A DNA stretch of 64,000 bases from Eledone cirrhosa (taxonomy: Eukaryota), in assembly GCA_964016885.1 (NCBI GenBank), contig OZ024756.1, forward strand, positions 15,004,001-15,068,000. Direction: 5' to 3'. Positions 1 to 13,331 of the stretch are shown here, piece by piece; within the stretch, counting starts at the first letter, position 1; each line of letters starts with the position of its first letter. A program made the position numbers and the translations under genes. Under the pieces are notes generated by a model. That model saw nothing but the letters and a program-made list of their open reading frames with translations. It ran no database searches and had not been told where the DNA came from.

Positions 1-341
1 TACATAAAAAAAAGACGATATTATATATAAACTGCATTAGGAGAAAATTAGTGACGGAAATATATGAATGTTTATTTAAGCGATCGCTAACCGGAAGTGT
101 TGACATTTGAAAATGTTAAAGAAGTGAATCTCTAAATAAGCAATAAAATATATTTAATCAACAGCTACGAAATTTAGTAGATAAATTATGTAATATTCAT
201 TCATTATTTATTCAAAGTAATCCAACTTATTTTACTAACTGGATTAAAAGAAATAAACCGTACGCAGTCCCGCACTCCTTACTTTATTATAGTTTAGATA
301 ATAATAGTAATAAACGGAAGATATATACTTTATATCATCTC

Positions 342-419
342 TATTTCATTATATATGATTCGAAGATGCAAAATGTTATGTTATACATAAAACAAAACAT
401 GTCCTCTTCAGACAAAATA
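342..419 (-). ncRNA. Degenerate type I hammerhead motif, family A
   Basis: Minus strand: TATTTTGT-CTGAAGA-hairpin-GAAT-CATATA-TA-ATGAAATA. GAAA is mutated to GAAT. The downstream flank matches the copies at 12780 and 40728. Confidence 0.55.
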
Positions 420-507
420 CATATGAGATGTATAACTTTTTTTATGATATGCTGGTAGACAAACGAGCTGGACAGCTCGGTGACCACCATGCATATGCAT
501 ATATTAT

Positions 508-670
508 ATATAGAAATGGCTTCTACAGGACTAGAACTGCTTCATTCGCAGGAAATCATCAGGAAAGCCGAAACAGTTCTAGTCCTGTAGAAGCCATTTC
601 TATATTAAATACTTGTACTCTGTTATGTATTGAGTACCTTACTGTGGTTACCCCCGATTGAATCCGGGAT
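508..670. mobile_element. Family B HHR-bearing element with fold-back (arms 508-539 and 574-605)
   Basis: Minus strand: GGCTTTC-CTGATGA-TTTC ctgc GAAT-GAAG-CAG ttctagtc CTG-TA-GAAGCC. Tail gtattgagtaccttactgtggttacc is shared with the 11661 and 25209 copies. Confidence 0.65.
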
Positions 671-680
671 ACACACACAC

Positions 681-736
<56 letters not shown>

Positions 737-742
<6 letters not shown>

Positions 743-1055
743 AGAGGGTCGGATGCCAGGCTTTTCAGCATAGAGTTATGGTCCTTTACGGTCTGAGTTC
801 AAATTCCGCCGAGATTAACTTTGCCTTTCATCCTTACGGGGTCGATGAAATAAAGTACCAGTAATGCACTGGGATAACTGCTGGCCTTGTGCCAAAAGTA
901 GAAACAATTATTACTATTTCAATAAGGGCCGAGATTAACTTTGCCTTTCATCCTTACAGGGTCGATAAAATAAAGCACCAGTAACACACTGGGGTCGATT
1001 TAATCGACTTTCTCCTCTCCCAAATTGCTGGCCTTGTGTCTACAGTAGAAATCAT
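737..1055 (+). mobile_element. Two partial copies of the dominant tRNA-headed SINE
   Basis: B box GAGTTCAAATTC, core GCCTTTCATCCTTACGGGGTCGATAAAATAAAGTACCAG, tail GGCCTTGTGCC..AGTAGAAACAATT. Confidence 0.85.
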
Positions 1056-1229
1056 TTGTAACTCATTGTTATTGTGATTCTATATTATTGTTGTTGTTGT
1101 TGTTATTTTCATCTTTCAAATTTGAAATCACTGAAGCGTGAAATCATGTGGCAGTTGCAAGTATTTTACTTTCATTTTTCTGGTGGTTTTGCTGTTGTTT
1201 TTTTCTTGTAATATTTGACTAAGTTTACG

Positions 1230-1620
1230 ATTTGTTGTTGTTGTTGTTGTTGTTGTGGTGTGTATGGTGGTGTGTATGGTGGTGTGTATGGTGGTGGTGG
1301 TGGTGAAAGAGAAATAGTGGTGGTGGTGGTAGTGGTAGTGGTGGTGTGTATGGTGGTGGTGGTGGTGGTGGTGGTGATGAAAGAGAAATAGTGGTTGTGG
1401 CGGTGTGTATGGTGGTGTGTATGGTGGTGGTGGTGGTAGAAGTGTGGAAAGTAATGGCGGTCGTTGTGCGTTCTTCGTAGTTGTTATTGAAGGTGGGTGG
1501 TGGTGGTTTTAGTGGTGTGGTTGGTGGTTTAATGGAGGGTCATAGTTCTTATTGGTGATGATGGTGGTGATGGTTTTGACGGTAGTGATGCTAGTCTGGT
1601 TGTGGTTGGGGTTGTTATTT
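1230..1620. repeat. (GTT)n/(GGT)n low-complexity tract
   Basis: Visible trinucleotide repeats. Confidence 0.85.
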
Positions 1621-1962
1621 TTCAGCTCCATTTAATTTTATAAATGGAGATCGTCAAACTTAAAACGATCTGACGTTAATCCCGTTAGCTTCGGATTAAA
1701 CGTGACTTGGCGCCGTGTTTTGGCAACTGGAAAACGCGCGTGTGTATGTATGTGTGTATATGTGTTGCATAATTAACTGTTTACAATATATACATTCATA
1801 CATGGATACACATATTCACACACTTGCCTATAAATACTCGTTTACTATCACACACACACGCACACGCACACACACACACGCACACACACGCACACACACA
1901 CACACTCCCACTAGGATTTTTGCAAAAATACGAATATACTGTCATATACTACCTCGTCCTCC

Positions 1963-2056
1963 ATATATGTATGTATGTATGTATGTATATATAATATATA
2001 TATGTATGTATGTATACATGTATATATATATATATGTATGTATGTATGTATACATG

Positions 2057-2115
<59 letters not shown>

Positions 2116-2124
2116 ATATATATG

Positions 2125-2221
<97 letters not shown>

Positions 2222-2272
2222 GTATAGATATATATATGTATATATATATATATATGTATAGATATATATATG

Positions 2273-2305
<33 letters not shown>

Positions 2306-2316
2306 GTATAGATATA

Positions 2317-2370
<54 letters not shown>

Positions 2371-2388
2371 TGTGTGTGCATATATATG

Positions 2389-2437
<49 letters not shown>

Positions 2438-2532
2438 GTATAGATATATATATGTATAGATATATATATGTATAGATATATGTATATATATATATATATA
2501 TATGTATACATATATATGTATATATATATGAG

Positions 2533-2567
<35 letters not shown>

Positions 2568-2666
2568 TTATGTATATATGTATATATATATATAAATGTA
2601 TATATATATATATGTATATATATATATGTATATATATATATGTATATATATGTATATATATATATG

Positions 2667-2716
<50 letters not shown>

Positions 2717-3019
2717 TGTATGTATATATATATATATGTATATGTATGTATATATATGTATATATATGTATGTATATATATATATATATATGTATGTATA
2801 TATATGTATATATATATGTATGTATATGTATATATGCATATATACATGTATATGTATGTATATATATATATGTATATGTGTATATGTATGTATATATATG
2901 TATATGTATATATGTATATATATATGTATATATATGTATATATATATATACAAATATATATATATGTATATGTATCTATATATATATATATATATACATA
3001 CATATACATGTATATGTAT

Positions 3020-3063
<44 letters not shown>

Positions 3064-3209
3064 GAGTATGTGTATGTGTATGTATACACCCCTAAAAATC
3101 CATATATTGTCATACACAGGCATCCAACCGCAATCATCTCGCTCCAACACTTCTAATGTATAATCAATTCCTTGGCCCACTTCTCAATTCATACACTTGC
3201 ACACACACA

Positions 3210-3257
<48 letters not shown>

Positions 3258-3261
3258 CACT

Positions 3262-3295
<34 letters not shown>

Positions 3296-3522
3296 GTATG
3301 GGTGGTGCTGACCTTACAGATGACCGAACAGTTTCAAAGTGTTACCACAACCTCATCAGAGTTCAAATATGATTACATCAATAGTGCATGTATATATATA
3401 TATATATATATATATAGTTATGTAATAAACACACACATATATATACACACATACACACACATATATATACACACACACACACATATATATACACACACAC
3501 ACACATATATATACACACATAC

Positions 3523-3553
<31 letters not shown>

Positions 3554-3712
3554 CACACACACACATATATATACACACACACACACACACACATATATAT
3601 ACACACACACACACATACATATATACACACACACACACACACACATATATATACACACACACATATATATATACACACACACATATATATATACACACAC
3701 ACATATATATAT

Positions 3713-3745
<33 letters not shown>

Positions 3746-3746
3746 T

Positions 3747-3842
<96 letters not shown>

Positions 3843-3850
3843 GTATATAA
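1963..3850. repeat. (TA)n/(TG)n/(CA)n compound microsatellites
   Basis: Direct inspection. These give the spurious YI/CV/HT ORFs. Similar tracts lie at 8375-8930, 22855-23640, 29190-30470, 34250-34850, 36625-39435, 41455-41935, 45110-46435 and 47590-48410. Confidence 0.95.
3320..3383 (+). CDS. Possible small exon (MTEQFQSVTTTSSEFKYDYIN), frame and donor unresolved
   Basis: Unique island between microsatellites, preceded by ctgaccttacag (branch-like CTGAC plus CAG). Confidence 0.22.
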
Positions 3851-4004
3851 TATATTAAGTCTTATTGAACTTCGCTTTTCTTGGTTGTTTGATTGGAAAT
3901 ATCTAATATATCTACTTGATATTCATTTGCGTGTGACTGAAACCAGTAAAAAAATAAATGGATATATATAGGTTATATCATGTGAGTTCTTAGGGGTGTG
4001 GTTG

Positions 4005-6035
4005 TTATACTATGGTATGGGAGAATGTCCAGACGACAGACGTTACGTGGTCTACTACAGATGGAACAATGTCCAGACGATTGACGTTACGTGGTCTACT
4101 ATGGTATGGAACAATGTCCAGACCACAGACGTTACGTGGTCTACTACAGATGGAGCACTGTCCAGACACAGACGTCACGTCTACTACAGATGGAACACTG
4201 TCCAGACGACAGACGTTACGTGGTCTACACCAGATGGAACAATGTCCAGACCACAGACGTTACGTCTACTACATTATGGAACACTGTCCAGACGACATAC
4301 GTTACGTCCACTACAGATGGAACAATGTCCAGACGACAGACGTTACGTGGTCTACTACAGATGGAACAATGTCCAGACCACAGACGTTACGTGATCTACT
4401 ACAGATGGAACAATGTCCAGACCACCGACGTTACTTGGTCTACTACAGATGGAACAATACCCAGACCACAGACGTTACGTCTACTACAGATGGAACAATG
4501 TCCAGACGACAGACGTTACGTCTACTACAGTATGGAACACTGTCCAGACCACAGACGTTTCGTCTACTACAGCTGGAACAATGTCCAGACGACAGACGTT
4601 ACTTCTACACCAGATGGAACACTGTCCAGACCACAGACGTCACGTCTACTACAGATGGAACAATGTCCAACCACAGACGTTACGTCTACTACAGATGGAA
4701 CAATGTCCAGACCACAGACGTTACGTGATCTACTACAGATGGAACAATGTCCAGACCACCGACGTTACTTGGTCTACTATGGTATGGAACAATGTCCAGA
4801 CCACCGACGTTATTTGGTCTACTACAGATGGAACAATGTCCAGACCACCGACGTTACTTGGTCTACTATGGTATGGAACAATGTCCAGACCACCGACGTT
4901 ACTTGGTCTACTACAGATGGAACAATGTCCAGACCACCGACGTTATTTGGTCTACTACAGATGGAACAATGTCCAGACCACCGACGTTACTTGGTCTACT
5001 ACAGATGGAACAATGTCCAGACCACCGACGTTATTTGGTCTACTACAGATGGAACAATGTCCAGACCACCGACGTTACTTGGTCTACTACAGATGGAACA
5101 ATGTCCAGACCACCGACGTTATTTGGTCTACTACAGATGGAACAATGTCCAGACCACCGACGTTATTTGGTCTACTACAGATGGAACAATGTCCAGACCA
5201 CCGACGTTATTTGGTCTACTACAGATGGAACAATGTCTAGACCACCGACGTTATTTGGTCTACTACAGATGGAACAATGTCCAGACCACCGACGTTATTT
5301 GGTCTACTACAGATGGAACAATGTCTAGACCACCGACGTTACTTGGTCTACTACAGATGGAACAATGTCCAGACCACCGACGTTATTTGGTCTACTACAG
5401 ATGGAACAATGTCCAGACCACCGACGTTACTTGGTCTACTACAGATGGAACAATGTCCAGACCACCGACGTTATTTGGTCTACTACAGATGGAACAATGT
5501 CCAGACCACCGACGTTATTTGGTCTACTACAGATGGAACAATGTCCAGACCACCGACGTTACTTGGTCTACTACAGATGGAACAATGTCCAGACCACCGA
5601 CGTTATTTGGTCTACTACAGATGGAACAATGTCCAGACCACCGACGTTATTTGGTCTACTACAGATGGAACAATGTCTAGACCACCGACGTTACTTGGTC
5701 TACTACAGATGGAACAATGTCCAGACCACCGACGTTACTTGGTCTACTATGGTATGGAACAATGTCCAGACCACCGACGTTACTTGGTCTACTACAGATG
5801 GAACAATGTCTAGACCACCGACGTTACTTGGTCTACTACAGATGGAACAATGTCCAGACCACCGACGTTACTTGGTCTACTATGGTATGGAACAATGTCC
5901 AGACCACCGACGTTACTTGGTCTACTATGGTATGGAACAATGTCCAGACCACCGACGTTACTTGGTCTACTATGGTATGGAACAATGTCCAGACCACCGA
6001 CGTTACTTGGTCTACTATGGTATGAAACAATGTCC
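4005..6035. repeat. 44/45-bp minisatellite, about 45 copies
   Basis: Unit TACTACAGATGGAACAATGTCCAGACCACCGACGTTACTTGGTC, with a 45-bp variant TATGGTATGGAAC and shorter 41-bp variants at the left end. Confidence 0.95.
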
Positions 6036-6074
6036 CAAATATTTCAGCAAGATATGCGTGAAGAAGTATTGCAA
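5993..6074 (+). CDS. Candidate penultimate exon of the same gene (PPTLLGLLWYETMSQIFQQDMREEVLQ), 5' boundary uncertain
   Basis: Unique sequence at the end of the 44-bp array. CAA|gtagaa phase-0 donor is in frame with the exon at 8162. The acceptor would lie in the last repeat unit (tccag). Confidence 0.35.
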
Positions 6075-6152
6075 GTAGAAAAGAAATGTTGTTGTTTTTG
6101 TTGTTGATTTGTTCGTTTGTTGTTGAGCTGCGGGGAAGAAAAGTATTATAAT

Positions 6153-8122
6153 AGTTGTTTCTACTTTAGGCACAAGGCCAGCAATTACCCAGTGCATTAC
6201 TGGTACTTTATTTTATCGACCCCGTAAGGTTGAAAGGCAAAGTCAACCTCGGCGGGATTTGAACTCAGATCGTAAAGGGACGTAACTATGCTGGAAAGCA
6301 TGGCGTCCGACCCTCTACCGATAATTGTTTCTACTTTAGGCACAAGGCCAGCAAATACCCAGTGCATTACTGGTACTTTTATTTTATCGACCCCGTAAGG
6401 ATGAAAGGCAAAGTCAACCTCGGCGGGATTTGAACTCAGATCGTAAAGGGGCGTAACTATGCTGGAAAGCATGGCGTCCGACCCTCTACCGATAATAGTG
6501 AGCAGAAATATGTGTGAAGGTTTGAAAACATCAGAGCAACAATGCTGCTTTCTAATTCAGTGACAACACCAGCGACTTGTGGGACGGGAGTGGGGTGTGG
6601 TGCTTTATTTTATCGACTACAGGGGTTGAAAGACAAAGCTGACCTCAGCGAGATTTGCACTCAAAACTTAATGAGTCGAATCAAATACCACAAAGCATTT
6701 TATGGGTTGTTCAAACAATTCTCCTAATCCAGCGTCTAACAGGAAAATATGGCAGTTTCTAATTTAAGCAGAAAGCCAATAAATTGGGGAGCGAGAACAG
6801 TCAATTAAATCGACACCACGTCGTCTTGACCGGTTCCATCTCTATATACATTTCTGCGATTCTGTCACAGCACGTAAAGAGAGGGGAGTAGTTTGACTAC
6901 CTCATACTACTCCTCTCTCTCTTTACGTCTGCTGCTTGTATGTATGTGTGAATGTATGTGTGTGTAAAAGGGGGAAAGGGGATGGGGGGGGGGGGGGATA
7001 AACTACGCTGTGTATAGTGTGTGTGTGTGTGTGTGTATGTGTGCGGGTGTTTGCGTGAATGTATGTCTGTGAGCGTGTATTTTTGTAAGTGTGTCTGCGT
7101 GTTTATATTTATATACTCATACATATAAATGTATGCATTTTCACATACACACACGCATATACACACACGTACACACATATACACACACGTACTCACATAT
7201 ACACATACGCGTCAGCATATGGAAAAAACATTCTAGTATTTTATAAACTTCCAGGAAGATAGTTGACCTCGGTAAAATATTTTGTCAATATAATAATAAT
7301 AATTGTTTCTACTTTGGCACAAGGCCAGCAAATTATCCAGTGCATTACTGGTACCTTATTTTATCGACCCCGTAAGGATGAAAGCAAAGTTAACCTCGGC
7401 GGGATTTGAACTCAGATCGTAAAGGGACGTAACTATGCTGGAAAGCATGGCGTCCGACCCTCTACCGATACTGCCAATCCATGGTTTCTGATTTAGGCAT
7501 AAGGGCAACAATTCCAGGGGGGGGGGGGCAAGTCACCCAAATTGACCCCAGTGCATTACTGGTACTTTATTTTATCAACCCCCGTAAGGATGAAAGGCAA
7601 AGTTAACCTCCGCGGGATTTGAACTCAGATCGTAAAGGGACGTAACTCTATGCTGCAAAGCATGGCGTCTGACCCTCTACCGATACTGCCGATCCACCGT
7701 CCATCAACTGACACTAATAATTGTTTCTACTTTTGTCACAAGGACAGCAATTACTCCAGTGTATTACTGGTACTTTACTTTATTGGCCCCGTAAGGATGA
7801 AAGGCAAAGTTAACCTCGGCGAGATTTGAACTCAGAATGGCAAGGGCCGTAACTCTTTGCTGCAAAGCATGGCGTCCGACCCTCTACCGATACTGCCAAT
7901 CCACTAATCCACCCTGACACTAATAATAATAATTGTTTCTACTTTTGGCACAAGGCCAGCAAATAACCCAGTGCATTACTGGTACTTTATTTTATCGACC
8001 TCGTAAAGATATAAAGGCAAAGTTAACCTCGGCGGGATTTGAACTCAGATCATACAGTGAGGTAACTCTATGCTTCAAAGCATGGCGTCCGACCCTCTAC
8101 CGATACTGCCAATCCACCGCCT
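6153..8122 (-). mobile_element. Cluster of six tRNA-headed SINE copies (6153-6323, 6324-6495, 7302-7480, 7485-7700, 7720-7905, 7932-8122)
   Basis: Repeated TTGTTTCTACTTT.GGCACAAGGCCAGC...GGATTTGAACTCAG...CCCTCTACCGATACTGCCAATCC. An older diverged copy lies near 6600-6740. Confidence 0.9.
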
Positions 8123-8161
8123 GACACTAATAATAATAATTTGTTTTTGTTGTTATTGTAG

Positions 8162-8347
8162 GAGCTGAAGCGGGCAGTGATGAAGCTAGAAGGTGAAGAT
8201 TTACACCATTTTCACCCAATGACAATGAACTGGCTATCGTTGGATGGCCAAGAAATACTGCCTACCACCGACGAAAACCATGGAAACATGTCGTCTGCTA
8301 AAGTTATCTGCTTACAATATCATATAAAGGAATCTTCAACTGTTTAA
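8162..8347 (+). CDS. Probable terminal exon of an unidentified host gene (ELKRAVMKLEGEDL...IKESSTV*)
   Basis: T-rich tract then ttgtag|GAG. 61 non-repetitive codons to TAA. The C-terminal S-T-V fits a class I PDZ-binding motif. Confidence 0.5.
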   Translation, partial: ELKRAVMKLEGEDLHHFHPMTMNWLSLDGQEILPTTDENHGNMSSAKVICLQYHIKESSTV

Positions 8348-8758
8348 CAACATTTCATATATCGTTCTATACACGAACGCACACACACACACACATATAT
8401 ACATATACACACACACACATATATATATACACACACACACACATACATATATACATATACACACACATACATATATATTTACACACACATACATATATAT
8501 ATACACACACATATATATATATATATATACATATACACACACATACATATATATTTACACACACACACATATATACATATACACACACATATATACATAT
8601 ACACACACATACATATATATATATACTCACACACACATATATATATATACATACACACACATATATATACATATACACACACACACATATATATACATAT
8701 ACACACACATACATATATATATACACACACACACACACACATATATATACACACACAC

Positions 8759-8799
<41 letters not shown>

Positions 8800-9015
8800 T
8801 ATATACACACACATACATATATACATATACACACATACATATATATATACACACACACATATATATATACACACATACATATATATATACACACATACAT
8901 ATATATATACACACATACACACATATATATAGCTCGTATGTATACACATCTTTTATATTTAAGAATGTATTTTAGCAATATATATTCATAATCATTGGTT
9001 CAACCCCCCTCCTCC

Positions 9016-9740
9016 CCTTGAAATCTAAACTCCCACATCTCTCACTCCCACTCTCCCACATCTCTCTCTATCACTCCCATTCTCCCACATCTCTCTGTAT
9101 CGCTCCCACTCTCTCACACCTCTCTATCACTCCCACTCTCTCACACCTCTCTATCGCTCCCACTCTCTCACACCTCTCTATCGCTCCCACTCTCTCACCT
9201 CTCTATCACTCCCACACCTCTCTCTCTATCACTCCCACTCTCCCACATCTCTCTATCGCTCCACATTCTCCCACATCTCTCTCTATCACTCCCACTCTCC
9301 CACATCTCTCGCTCCCACATCTCTCTATCACTCCCACTCTCCCACTCTAACGCCCCACATTCTCCCACATCTGTCTATCACTCCCACCTCTCTATCGCTC
9401 CCAGATCTCTCTCTATCACTCCCACTCTCTCACACCTCTCTATCGCTCCCACATCTCTCTATCACTCCCACACCTCTCTATCACTCCCACACCTCTCTAC
9501 CGCTCCCACTCTCCCAATCACTCCCACCTCTTTCTATCGCTCCCACAGCTCTCTCTATCACTCCCACATCTCTCGCTCCCACTCTCCCACTCCCACATCT
9601 CTCTCTATCACTCCCTCTCTCCCACATCTCTCTCTATCACTCCAACTCTCTCACATCTCTCTCTCTCTCCCACTCTGTCTATCGCTCCCACTCCCTCTCT
9701 CTACCTACCTATCTCAATCTCTCTCGCTCGTTCTTTCACT
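9016..9740. repeat. Pyrimidine-rich degenerate minisatellite (ctctctatcactcccacat)
   Basis: Direct inspection. Confidence 0.85.
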
Positions 9741-10214
9741 CACCCTTTCACTCTCTGCCCTTATCTGGAAGAAATCGGCAGCGTTCAGACAGGGAAAGTG
9801 ATGGGCTCGACCAGATTGAAAGATGCCCAAGTCACGTCTTACGCCACAGCGGCGCCTCAGTGAAGAGGTACAGGTTCATACGATCCGTCAAATAGATATA
9901 ATCGTCATAAACTACGTGATTTACAATGTTGAAGTGGAAGAGAGAGGTTCTACTAAAATATATACCGACAAATAAAGAAATATCCCACGTCCTGTGCCTT
10001 GCATCTCTCTCAGCTGTAGTTGAATTGTGTCGTCACTGACCAGGTCGCAAAGGTGTGACGAAACTTTTGCACAACTTCATAATAGACTGTACGATTAAGA
10101 AATAAACGAAAAGTGACGTATAACAGTTGTTGTTTTGTTATTGAGGTTGTTTTTATTGTTTTGTTTTTTAATGGTAAAAATTACTTTTCTTTCAGTTTGA
10201 AAAAGTCATTTATA

Positions 10215-10524
10215 CAGTCGAACCTCGGTTTACGAACGCCTCTTATCACGAACAAATTTTCCGAAAATAAAACGTCACTGTTCTTTTACAATGTCTCAAG
10301 TAACAAATACACAAGCCAGCAACAATAGTTGGTGACAAGCTTTATTCGTCGGTGGGAAAGTGTCACAGTGTAGTTAGTTACCGTGGTGAGATCTGTCTTT
10401 CACACACACAGTCTCTCTCTCGCATTGTATTTCTCTCTCAACAGTTCGTATGGGAATATAGTTTCAGTTCGGGTGACGAATGGCCTTCAGAAATGAATTA
10501 AGTTCGTGAGCCAAGGTTCCACTG
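10215..10524. mobile_element. Tc1/mariner (pogo/Tigger-like) MITE
   Basis: Terminal inverted repeats (TIRs) CAGTCGAACCTCGGTTTACGAAC and GTTCGTGAGCCAAGGTTCCACTG, with TA on the left. Confidence 0.7.
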
Positions 10525-10536
10525 TGTGTGTGTGTG

Positions 10537-10585
<49 letters not shown>

Positions 10586-10671
10586 TTGTCCCCCGGTATT
10601 CGCAGGGGTTACGTTCCTGTGTGAAAAATCGCGAATATGTATGTGAAAATTAATTTTTCTTCCCCTTTTTA

Positions 10672-10711
<40 letters not shown>

Positions 10712-10915
10712 GGCGGTGGATTGGCAGTATCGGTAGAGGGTCGGATGCCATGCTTTGAAGCATAGAGTTACCTCCCTGTATGATCTGAGTTCAAATCCCG
10801 CCGAGGTTAACTTTGCCTTTCATCCTTACGGGGATCGATAAAATAAAGTACCAGTAATGCACTGGGGTAATTGCTGGCCTTGTGCCTAACGTAGAAACAA
10901 TTATTATTATTATCA
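10712..10915 (+). mobile_element. Full-length tRNA-derived SINE (reference copy); inverted copy at 11006-11190
   Basis: Starts GGCGGTGGATTGGCAGTATCGG (A box), has B box GAGTTCAAATCC, the conserved core and an (ATT)n tail, and sits in an (ATT)n tract. More copies: 12250-12330, 15830-16095, 16209-16382, 26735-26930, 30601-31362, 33940-34012, 43483-43560. Confidence 0.92.
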
Positions 10916-11281
10916 CTATTTGTACAAATATACAACATAACAATATTCTGCATATCCGCAATTGACAATACATATAATGGTGAAACCGATATTGTAAATA
11001 CATTAATTGTTTCTACTTTAGGCACAAGGCCAGCAATTACCCAGTTCATTACTGGTACTTTATTTTATCGACCCCGTAAGGATGAAAGTCAAAGTCAATC
11101 TCAGCAGGATTTGAACTCAGATCGTAAAGGGACGTAACTATGCTGGAAAGCATGGCGTCCGACCCTCTACCGATACTGCCAATCCACCGTCCTGTTTGAT
11201 ATTGTAAATACATTAATGCTTTGACATTTCACTGAAAAAAATCGCTTCAACATTTTCTACTGAAAAAATCTTTCCTTTCTA

Positions 11282-11333
<52 letters not shown>

Positions 11334-11419
11334 TTGACGGGCATCCACTGATGATTTATAAGTGCCCACCTACATATATTCCTACGGACTATGTGTAGGC
11401 TTCTACATAACCTGGACAT

Positions 11420-11650
11420 TATTTTCCCAATTTGTAGAAAACTTATAATGAAACAATTGTTTGGAAAGGAGGATGTATTTTAATTATGTCTCATATAAAA
11501 TAATACAACTGGCTATCCGCAAAATACGTATAGTTAGCACCCCAAACGTAAAATTGGGATTATACTAAGGTATATCCTAATGTTTGTTGAGGGAGAGGGA
11601 AACCGGTCGGAGTATTTGCTTAAAGATTTCTCTGTTAATGTATTAAATAT
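11420..11650 (+). repeat. (TA)n-embedded dispersed repeat, second copy at 23878-24105
   Basis: Two ~230-bp similar copies. Both contain GAAA-CAATTG-TT, which resembles an HHR 3' half. Confidence 0.75.
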
Positions 11651-11717
11651 ATATATATATATAGATGAGATTCTACAGGACTAGAACTATTTCATTCTTT
11701 AGAAATCATCAGGAATC

Positions 11718-11772
11718 TGGGATTCCTGATGATTTCTAAAGAATGAAACAGTTCTAGTCCTGTAGAATCTCA
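11718..11772 (+). ncRNA. Type I hammerhead ribozyme, family B, within hairpin 11661-11777
   Basis: Stem I TGGGATTC/GAATCTCA, CTGATGA at 11726, stem II TTC-taaa-GAA, GAAA at 11745, stem III CAG/CTG, GTA triplet ending at 11764. Confidence 0.72.
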
Positions 11773-11852
11773 TCTATATTAAAACTTTTATACTCTGCAA
11801 TGTATTGAGTACCTTACTTACTGTGGTTACCTCCGATTCAACCCGGAATAAC

Positions 11853-11901
<49 letters not shown>

Positions 11902-12630
11902 CAATGTTGTCTCTGATCGAGACGAAGCGAGAGTGTGTTTGATTGAATACATATAAAAATGAGAAAACTCATCGCTAGAACAGCCAATAAAACAGCTAAA
12001 TGTTGTCAAAGACAGCAATGAGCAAACATGCCTCAGAAGACAGAGACCAGCGGCCAGTGGTCAAGTGAGAGACAATTCACGAGGTGGGTGACAGGCAGAT
12101 GAAATATAGAGAAGATTGAAAGAGGAGGAAGACAAAGAAACGTGCACTGGCACAAGGAAATAAAGAAGGGCGATATACAAGACAAATTTACACACACACA
12201 CACACACACGCACACACACACACACAGCCTTATCAGCTCTCAAACCAATAATTGTTTCTACTTTAGGCACAAGGCCAGCAAATACCCAGTGCATTACTGG
12301 TACTTTATTTTATCGACCCCGTAAGGATGAAAAGCTCTCAAACCAACAATGGTGGTCAGGACTCAATGCAATCTTAAAGAGATGATTTCGACGATACCGT
12401 GCGGTGAGACCTGTAGTTGCTGAAGTAGGCCCTCGTCGTATAAGATTCCTTCACAGATACTAATCGTTTCTGGGACGATGATGAAATGGATCTAGGATAG
12501 CTGGTGGCATAACCCCTATCTATTAGTCAATATATCAATCAATGATGATCAATCAGCCCTCTGAAGCGATCGTAAGACAATGAACTGATTAAGAACCTAC
12601 CTTCGACTTTTGTTTTATTTTCATTGTTCA

Positions 12631-12707
<77 letters not shown>

Positions 12708-12779
12708 CAAAGGGATATTAAAACTTGAACCGTTAAGGTCTCATTCCTGGATATGTCACTATTTATAAAACAAACTTTG

Positions 12780-12840
12780 TATTTTATCTGATGAGAGCGT
12801 ACCAAAGTTTTAGTACCCTTGAAATATATATAATAAAATA
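12780..12840 (+). ncRNA. Minimal type I hammerhead ribozyme, family A
   Basis: Perfect stem I TATTTTAT/ATAAAATA, CTGATGA at 12788, stem II GAGCGTAC/GTACCCTT, GAAA at 12821, palindromic TATATA, predicted cleavage after 12832. Confidence 0.78.
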
Positions 12841-12884
12841 AATATGGTTTTATAAAGATAGTTTCCATTTATTTAATATCATTG

Positions 12885-12915
<31 letters not shown>

Positions 12916-13331
12916 TTGATATATAAATCCAGGATGTTACAAAAAAAAACAACAAAGAAACCATCGATCGTTCACTAAGTACAATATTGACAAATCATGT
13001 AGTGGTATTTATTGATGATTGGGAGAAAGAACCGTGTGACTGTTCGGTGGCATCAGACATATTTTAAATGTTTATTGTTTAACACCAATAATGTGTGACA
13101 ACATAAAGTGGTGTGTGAATTATTAATATGAAACTGTGCTGTCTGTTTAAATTGAGGAGAATTAATAACGGCATCTAGTAGCGCCATCTAACAGGAAACG
13201 GGAAAACTAAACTTCCTTTCAGATTAACTTTGCTGCCTACTCGTGGAATTAACTAACATATAACAGACTGAGCACTACAAAACAACACCTGCACCCATAA
13301 CTTGGTTCTCGGAGGAATTTCAGTAGGACGC

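Noticed and set aside
1627-1745. Exon after the ttttttcag acceptor-like site
   Set aside because: All three frames stop within about 12 codons.
1715-3841. YI/CV/HT dipeptide ORFs here and throughout the window
   Set aside because: They are translations of dinucleotide microsatellites.
3996-5990. Long overlapping ORFs in the 44-bp array
   Set aside because: The same peptide cycles through all three frames. Only the terminal unit is kept as a possible exon.
10712-10805. tRNA gene
   Set aside because: A and B boxes are present but continue into the SINE core and tail in more than 25 copies. No cloverleaf is evident.
11340-11380. CTGATGA at 11348, and CTGACGA/CTGAGGA on the minus strand near 48545 and 44362, as hammerheads
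   Set aside because: No correctly placed GAAA and stem I partner were found. The one at 44362 may be a truncated remnant.
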